Source of the DNA: an uncultured virus (IMG/VR IMGVR_UViG_3300049982_000206)
Lineage: Duplodnaviria > Heunggongvirae > Uroviricota > Caudoviricetes
Reading direction: 5' to 3' (one strand)
DNA length: 20,000 nucleotides
IMG/VR virus record: IMGVR_UViG_3300049982_000206
Positions 15,727-20,000 of the stretch are shown here, in pieces. The notes under the pieces are model-generated. The model searched no databases, was not told the DNA's origin, and was given only the letters and a program-made list of their open reading frames with translations. Position 1 is the first letter of the stretch, and every line of letters starts with the position of its first letter. A program made the position numbers and the translations under genes.

Positions 15727-16233
15727 ATGCAGTTCAGCATCGAGCGCAACGAGAACATCACCCCGCAGCGCGCCCGCGGTGAAGCCTGGTCCGTTCGCGA
15801 CCAGGACGGCAACCGGGTCGGCATCATCTCCCACAGCGAACTGGGCTGGCGCGTCTTCTCGGCCGGCTGGGGCGTGAAGGTCGACCAGAACGAAGTCCAC
15901 CGCGCCCGCGACTTCGCGATCGCGGCCATCATCGATGCCCGCGAGATCGCCAATCAGCCGGGCGGGGCCCTCGCCATCGACGAGTCTGGTCTCACCGGTC
16001 ACCAGCGGGCGATGATCGACTTCCACCGCAAGTACGTGCAGGTCACCCCGGAGCGACGCAACTTCGTCATCTGGGAGCAGTTCGACATGTCGCCCACGCA
16101 GTTCTACAGCGAGTGGAACGCGCTCATCGACCACCCCCGGGCCCTCGCCTACGACCCGCACGTCATCAACCGGCACCTCCGCCTCCGCGACCAGCGGAAG
16201 GCGCGCCGCAGCCGCGTTCCCGTGACTGCGTGA
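15727..16233 (+). CDS. Two-domain protein with C-terminal DUF3263-like domain (168 aa)
   Basis: AGGAGG before ATG 15727; LTGHQRAMIDF...FDMSPTQFY..WNALIDHP.ALAYDP..INR..RLR resembles actinobacterial DUF3263. Confidence 0.8.
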   Translation: MQFSIERNENITPQRARGEAWSVRDQDGNRVGIISHSELGWRVFSAGWGVKVDQNEVHRARDFAIAAIIDAREIANQPGGALAIDESGLTGHQRAMIDFHRKYVQVTPERRNFVIWEQFDMSPTQFYSEWNALIDHPRALAYDPHVINRHLRLRDQRKARRSRVPVTA

Positions 16234-16535
16234 TGACCACGACTCTGCTGGTTTCCCCCCGGAGCAAGGTGGCCGCATGTGCCATCGTGCTCCGGCGGGC
16301 TCAGCTTCCTGCGGAGGTCGGATACGACCGCCACGTTGGGCATCATGTCCGCGTGAATGTTGCCGGGAGCAACCCCGGCTACTACCTCGTCACACCTGCA
16401 CGAGTCGAACAGTTCAGGGTCCGCTGGTATCCGCGCAACAGCCAGCCGCCGCGCCCTGACTTGCTCGGCATCGTCGACACACCGGCACGCGCCGCCGGTT
16501 TGATCCTCGACCACTACGAGGGTCTGGTCCGCTGA
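16233..16535 (+). CDS. Hypothetical protein (100 aa)
   Basis: GTGATG coupling at 16230-16235. Confidence 0.68.
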   Translation: MTTTLLVSPRSKVAACAIVLRRAQLPAEVGYDRHVGHHVRVNVAGSNPGYYLVTPARVEQFRVRWYPRNSQPPRPDLLGIVDTPARAAGLILDHYEGLVR

Positions 16536-16537
16536 CC

Positions 16538-17113
16538 ATGCCTGGAAGGACATCCCCTGTGCCCAACTTCTCTACCAGCCTGCATCTCCCGTCCGATATC
16601 GCTGAGGAACGGGTGGACGAAATTGGCCGCGCCGTACTGATCGAGCAGGCCCGGAAAGAAGGCCTCTCGATCACCGGCGAGGTGACCCGAGTCCTGGATC
16701 AATTCGTGGTCGGCGTGATGGCACCGGACCACACCGGTCAGATGGTCGTCACGCACGTCCCAATCGATTCCCCCCTCGCCGGAGGCCGCACCGATCCCGA
16801 TGCCCGGTCCGTCACCTGGGCGGCCGATGCTAGCGAGGTCACAACCGACCCGGCACTCGTCATCGTGGGCACAGTCGACGGTTCTGTCTCGCGCGCGGTG
16901 CTGCCGCCGTCGATCAGCGAGCACGGCGGCATGGTCGCCTTCCGGCACAACCTGGACAGCGACGACGTCCTGGTGCTGGTCCTCGACGCCTCCGGAGACC
17001 GGATGGGTTACGAGTTCGCGGTCGAGATCGACAACAACGAGCAGCAGGTCTTGGTGCCCCGTGGCGCCCACACGATTCAGGCCAGCAGCAACGACGAGGA
17101 GCCGACCAAGTGA
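16538..17113 (+). CDS. Acidic hypothetical protein (191 aa) with C-terminal HNL...V.V.D..G motif
   Basis: Starts 2 nt after the previous stop; GTGA overlap at the 3' end. Confidence 0.72.
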   Translation: MPGRTSPVPNFSTSLHLPSDIAEERVDEIGRAVLIEQARKEGLSITGEVTRVLDQFVVGVMAPDHTGQMVVTHVPIDSPLAGGRTDPDARSVTWAADASEVTTDPALVIVGTVDGSVSRAVLPPSISEHGGMVAFRHNLDSDDVLVLVLDASGDRMGYEFAVEIDNNEQQVLVPRGAHTIQASSNDEEPTK

Positions 17114-17793
17114 GACAACGCGCATGGACTCCCGACCAGGTCATCGTCAACGCTGGTAATCGGATCCTTGCCCAGGAACCGAAGCGCGACTGCAACCGGT
17201 GCGGCACCCGCCTCGGCGACATGAACGAGATCGAGCTGGCGGCCGCCGCCCGTGGCCGACGCATCAGCCCGGTCAACAGTGAGTGCCCGATGTGCCTCGG
17301 GTTCCACGCGATCCTGGCCACGTACGTCCGCCCGCTGGAGGCGGGCATCGTGGTTCCGCTCGACATCCGGATTCTTTGTCCTGGCGCTCCTGCTGGGGCA
17401 GTTGTGGCGAACTGCGCGGCATGGGCGCCGTGCGGTTGTGTACCTGCTGCAGGTACAGGGGTTCCCTCGGTCGAGTGGGCATCGTTCCTGGCGAGCCCGT
17501 GCGCCTCCTCCCCGACCGGCGAGCACCGCCACCTCGTCGAGCGTGACGAACCGGACAGCCCGTGCATCGCGGCCCCGCAGGCAGATACCTGCGAATACCT
17601 TGATGTCGCTCGCCGCTCTCCTGGATGGCAATCACGCTGGAACATCGCGCCGGCCGAACCGACCGGATGGCTGTTCGACGTGGTCACGGAACCTGGCCTC
17701 TATCCCGTCGAGATCGAGCTACTTGACCGGGACACGCTCGCTTTCGAGTTCGTGAAGGTCACTCCCCACCGGCATGCCGAGGTGGGGCAGTAA
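17110..17793 (+). CDS. Cys-rich hypothetical protein (227 aa), N-terminal CxxC...CxxC Zn-finger
   Basis: GAGGAG upstream; RDCNRCG..LGD...ECPMC. Confidence 0.75.
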   Translation: MRQRAWTPDQVIVNAGNRILAQEPKRDCNRCGTRLGDMNEIELAAAARGRRISPVNSECPMCLGFHAILATYVRPLEAGIVVPLDIRILCPGAPAGAVVANCAAWAPCGCVPAAGTGVPSVEWASFLASPCASSPTGEHRHLVERDEPDSPCIAAPQADTCEYLDVARRSPGWQSRWNIAPAEPTGWLFDVVTEPGLYPVEIELLDRDTLAFEFVKVTPHRHAEVGQ

Positions 17794-18263
17794 TGCCGCG
17801 GCGCGGGATACTGTCGCTGGTCGTCAGCAACCTTGTCGAATCGGCGAGGCGCGAATCGTCCGCGGACCGCAGCTTCATTGACGGCGCCACTGCCCCGGTG
17901 CAGCTCACCAAGCTGCCGGACTTGCAGCACAACGCTGTCCAGTTTGCGATCTCACGCGAGATGGCAGTCGATCTGGGCATCGTCGAACCGACGCCGCAGG
18001 AGCTGACAGACCGCAGTGGGAGTGTCGCTGACTCCCGGATCCGGTACGCCGCCAGGATCGCGCTGTCGGCCGAGTGGTTCCTGGCCATCCTGGATGCTGC
18101 AGGACCTGTTGGCGCTGCGGCTGTTGGCCTGCACACCCCCGGCCGGTACGGCGACTGCGAGGGGTGCGGGTTCGAGGACATGGCCGGGCTGCCCTGGCCG
18201 TGCGCGACGGTCCTTGCAGCGGCCGAGGCCGCCGGCCTTCCGGAACCGGACGGCATCATCTGA
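17793..18263 (+). CDS. Hypothetical protein (156 aa), C-terminal H...CxxC...WPC motif
   Basis: TAATG and TGATG coupling; LHTP...CEGC...WPCAT. Confidence 0.72.
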   Translation: MPRRGILSLVVSNLVESARRESSADRSFIDGATAPVQLTKLPDLQHNAVQFAISREMAVDLGIVEPTPQELTDRSGSVADSRIRYAARIALSAEWFLAILDAAGPVGAAAVGLHTPGRYGDCEGCGFEDMAGLPWPCATVLAAAEAAGLPEPDGII

Positions 18264-18475
18264 TGGCGATCTCACCGGTGTTCCTCGACATCGTTGACGA
18301 CGCCCAGTGGGTGAAGGTCGATCGCCGCACGGTTCGCATGTTCGTCTGGAAAGGCGCCACCTCTGTCGGCGTCTACTCGACCGAGGACGGGTCGCTCCTG
18401 GACGAATGGGAGTGCTCGCCGTCGATGGGGTCCGCTGCGGTTGTGGTTGCTGAGCGAACCAATGGCGGCTACTGA
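18263..18475 (+). CDS. Small hypothetical protein (70 aa)
   Basis: ATG 18263 via TGATG; ends just before a class I promoter. Confidence 0.68.
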   Translation: MAISPVFLDIVDDAQWVKVDRRTVRMFVWKGATSVGVYSTEDGSLLDEWECSPSMGSAAVVVAERTNGGY

Positions 18476-18481
18476 CCTCAC

Positions 18482-18510
18482 TTGTCAGGTGTGTTAAGCG
18501 GGTGTACGCT
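18482..18510 (+). promoter_or_regulatory. Class I promoter: TTGTCA-N17-TACGCT containing TAAGCGGGTGTACGCT
   Basis: Intergenic; near-consensus -35; 16-mer identical to 19914-19929. Confidence 0.82.
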
Positions 18511-18517
18511 CGGGTCA

Positions 18518-18550
18518 TGAGTCGGGAAGAGCAGCCCGCCACACAGGAGG
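18518..18550 (+). promoter_or_regulatory. Leader hairpin TGAGTCGGG-AAGAGCAG-CCCGCCACA followed by AGGAGG
   Basis: 4-bp core stem, extendable with 2 mismatches; loop 18527-18534; SD 18545-18550; GTG 18556. Confidence 0.78.
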
Positions 18551-18555
18551 ACACC

Positions 18556-19479
18556 GTGACCGTCACCGCCGAAACCGCCATCACCGTCACCCGCGGCGAG
18601 ACCCTGACCATCGGCAACTCGCAGTTCTACACCCGCGGCAACAAGCCGACGGCCACTCTGGTCACGGTCAACGACGGCGAGACATTCCTGGAGATCGGCG
18701 GCACGCTCTACGCGCAGTGCGGCTGGTGCGAGTACGGCACCAAGTCCTGGCACGGCAACGTCTTCAGCGGCGTGTGCTTCCAGTGCGACGGACGCGGATA
18801 CGACCGTGAGGTCGGCACTGTCGAGGTCGCCGCCAAGCGCGTTCACAACCGCGCTCTGCGCCAGGCGCGCAACGCCCGCAAGGAGGCCGACAAGGCCGCT
18901 GCAGCCCAGACGGCGGGCGCCGAGTGGCGTGCCGCGAACGAGGATCTTGCCGACGCGCTCGCAGCGATCTACGCCGAACTGGCTGAGGTGAGCGACAACT
19001 TCACCTACGACGCCCACACCGCGCTCGAAGCCAAGTGGAGCGACTTCGTTCTCCAGATGGCGAACACCGTCGGCATGGGTCACGCCCTCACGACGAACCA
19101 GACCGTCTCGGTCACGGATGCGATCGAGACGGCGATCGTCGAAGAGGCCGCGAAGCTGGCTCGCCAGAACGCGTCCCGCTGGCTCGGCCAGGAGAAGGAC
19201 AAGGTGACCGCGACCGGCACGGTCAAGGTCGCAATGCCGATCGAGGTCGAGAACTACGCCACCAAGATGCCCGAGACCAAGATGCTGATCATCATCGAAG
19301 GCACCGGCGAGTTCACCGGCGTCACCTTCAAGATCTTCGGCACCGGCAAGACCCTCTGGGAAACCGAGCGAGGCCAGGACGTCACCGTCAGCGGCACCGT
19401 GAAGAAGCACAGCGAGCGCGACGACATCAAGCAGACCGAGCTGACGCGAGCCAAGATCACCCCCACCGCCGGGGCGTGA
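18556..19479 (+). CDS. Zn-finger (CxxC...CxxCxGxG) + helical linker + C-terminal OB-fold-like protein (307 aa), putative single-stranded nucleic-acid-binding
   Basis: CGWC...GVCFQCDGRG; LGQEKDKVTATGTVK...GQDVTVSGTVKKH.E...KQT.LTRAK; strong SD; strongly C/G-ending codons. Confidence 0.8.
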   Translation: MTVTAETAITVTRGETLTIGNSQFYTRGNKPTATLVTVNDGETFLEIGGTLYAQCGWCEYGTKSWHGNVFSGVCFQCDGRGYDREVGTVEVAAKRVHNRALRQARNARKEADKAAAAQTAGAEWRAANEDLADALAAIYAELAEVSDNFTYDAHTALEAKWSDFVLQMANTVGMGHALTTNQTVSVTDAIETAIVEEAAKLARQNASRWLGQEKDKVTATGTVKVAMPIEVENYATKMPETKMLIIIEGTGEFTGVTFKIFGTGKTLWETERGQDVTVSGTVKKHSERDDIKQTELTRAKITPTAGA

Positions 19480-19500
19480 CCCCCTCCCCCAGGACCGACA

Positions 19501-19531
19501 GGCCGGGAAGAGCAGCCCGGCCGGACAGGAG
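19501..19531 (+). promoter_or_regulatory. Intercistronic hairpin GGCCGGG-AAGAGCAG-CCCGGCC followed by AGGAG, with no adjacent promoter motif
   Basis: Perfect 7-bp stem; loop 19508-19515; SD 19527-19531; ATG 19538. Confidence 0.8.
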
Positions 19532-19537
19532 CCCGAC

Positions 19538-19825
19538 ATGACCACCATGACCATGATCCCGATCGACGCAGTCGCTACGCAGCACCTCATCAGCCTCTTC
19601 ACCCTGCGGACCATCGGCGCCCGCGACCTCGTGATCGACGACACCGGCGTCTTCGCGTTCTTCTACGGCAAGACTGGCCGAGTCCAGATCCGCCTGACCG
19701 GCACCGACGTCTACCTGGTCGAGGTCGGACACGTCGACCGGCGCACCTTCGAGTGGGTCATCGACCGCTGGCAGAACGACGTCGCCGCGAGCGATCTCCG
19801 AGAGGTCCTGCAGGAACTCACCTGA
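19538..19825 (+). CDS. Conserved hypothetical phage/mobile-element protein (95 aa)
   Basis: AGGAG upstream; IGA...F...V.I.L...D.Y.V...DV...DL pattern. Confidence 0.78.
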   Translation: MTTMTMIPIDAVATQHLISLFTLRTIGARDLVIDDTGVFAFFYGKTGRVQIRLTGTDVYLVEVGHVDRRTFEWVIDRWQNDVAASDLREVLQELT

Positions 19826-19849
19826 CCTGACCATCGACCGCCCCCACGC

Positions 19850-19890
19850 GAGGCGCGCCCGGAAGTTCCGGGCGCGCCTCCGCTTCGTTT
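19850..19890 (+). terminator. Intrinsic terminator-like hairpin
   Basis: Perfect 15-bp inverted repeat GAGGCGCGCCCGGAA-G-TTCCGGGCGCGCCTC (19850-19880) followed by CGCTTCGTTT, between a stop codon and the next promoter. Confidence 0.8.
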
Positions 19891-19900
19891 AGGCGCGTCC

Positions 19901-19929
19901 TCGACGACCGGACTAAGCGGGTGTACGCT
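19901..19929 (+). promoter_or_regulatory. Class I promoter: TCGACG-N17-TACGCT containing TAAGCGGGTGTACGCT
   Basis: Immediately downstream of the terminator; 16-mer at 19914-19929. Confidence 0.78.
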
Positions 19930-19937
19930 GTACCGGA

Positions 19938-19972
19938 TGGATGGGAAGAGCAGCCCAGCCCAGCACTAGGAG
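19938..19972 (+). promoter_or_regulatory. Leader hairpin (TGGA)TGGG-AAGAGCAG-CCCA(GCC) followed by AGGAG
   Basis: Loop 19946-19953; AGGAG 19968-19972; no well-spaced start codon before the window ends. Confidence 0.72.
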
Positions 19973-20000
19973 AGGACCCCCAGCCTTCGCTTGTCCCCAC

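Larger units (their letters stand above)
1..20000 (+). mobile_element. Actinobacteriophage or prophage accessory (non-structural) gene region
   Basis: About 40 short co-oriented ORFs with 1-4 nt stop/start overlaps, high GC, families common in actinophages (DUF5131/Gp37Gp68, DUF4326, DUF1643, ASCH, wHTH), no housekeeping genes; no integrase or structural gene in the window, so free phage versus prophage cannot be decided. Confidence 0.88.

Noticed and set aside
19501..19522. Hairpin as a lambda boxB or N4 virion-RNAP promoter homologue
   Set aside because: Loop length and sequence differ (8 nt versus the boxB pentaloop or N4 triloop), no boxA is seen, and SigA-like promoters lie upstream; kept only as an analogy.
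18478..19644. 388-aa minus-strand ORF, and other long antisense ORFs (1545-2402, 6688-7596, 13276-14106, 16914-17687)
   Set aside because: Shadow ORFs expected at high GC; they lie opposite well-supported + genes and lack SD, promoter or family motifs.
4055..19953. Dispersed repeats as a CRISPR array, att sites or integron attC sites
   Set aside because: Separated by hundreds to thousands of bases of genes, no regular spacers, no cas or integrase gene, and their geometry fits promoter and leader elements.

Overview
High-GC window in which about 40 short genes lie on the + strand, mostly translationally coupled (ATGA/GTGA/TGATG overlaps). There are no housekeeping, capsid, rRNA, tRNA or CRISPR features. 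It reads as the accessory or early-middle gene arm of an actinobacteriophage or prophage. Recognisable families: MmcB-like PD-(D/E)XK nuclease, PIG-L/LmbE deacetylase, a multi-HTH regulator, winged-HTH, ASCH, MerR-type HTH, DUF1643, a secreted DUF1524/HNH nuclease, a lipoprotein, DUF5131 (Gp37/Gp68), DUF4326, DUF3263 and a Zn-finger + OB-fold protein. The most interesting signal is non-coding, with three repeated cis-element families found by eye. (I) A SigA-like promoter with a conserved TAAG(G/C)G(T/G)GTG-TAC(GC)T block, 6 copies. (II) A hairpin with variable, compensating stems and a near-invariant AAGAGCAG loop, 10-14 nt upstream of AGGAG, 5 copies, four of them at the predicted 5' end of class I transcripts. 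(III) A second bipartite promoter-like motif, CGCGAC(A/G)CTA-N14-(G/C)(C/T)AnnGT, 5 copies, three of them 6-8 nt ahead of an ATG (probably leaderless). Together they suggest a two-tier transcription programme plus an RNA-level control element. Family calls come from recalled motifs, not database searches.
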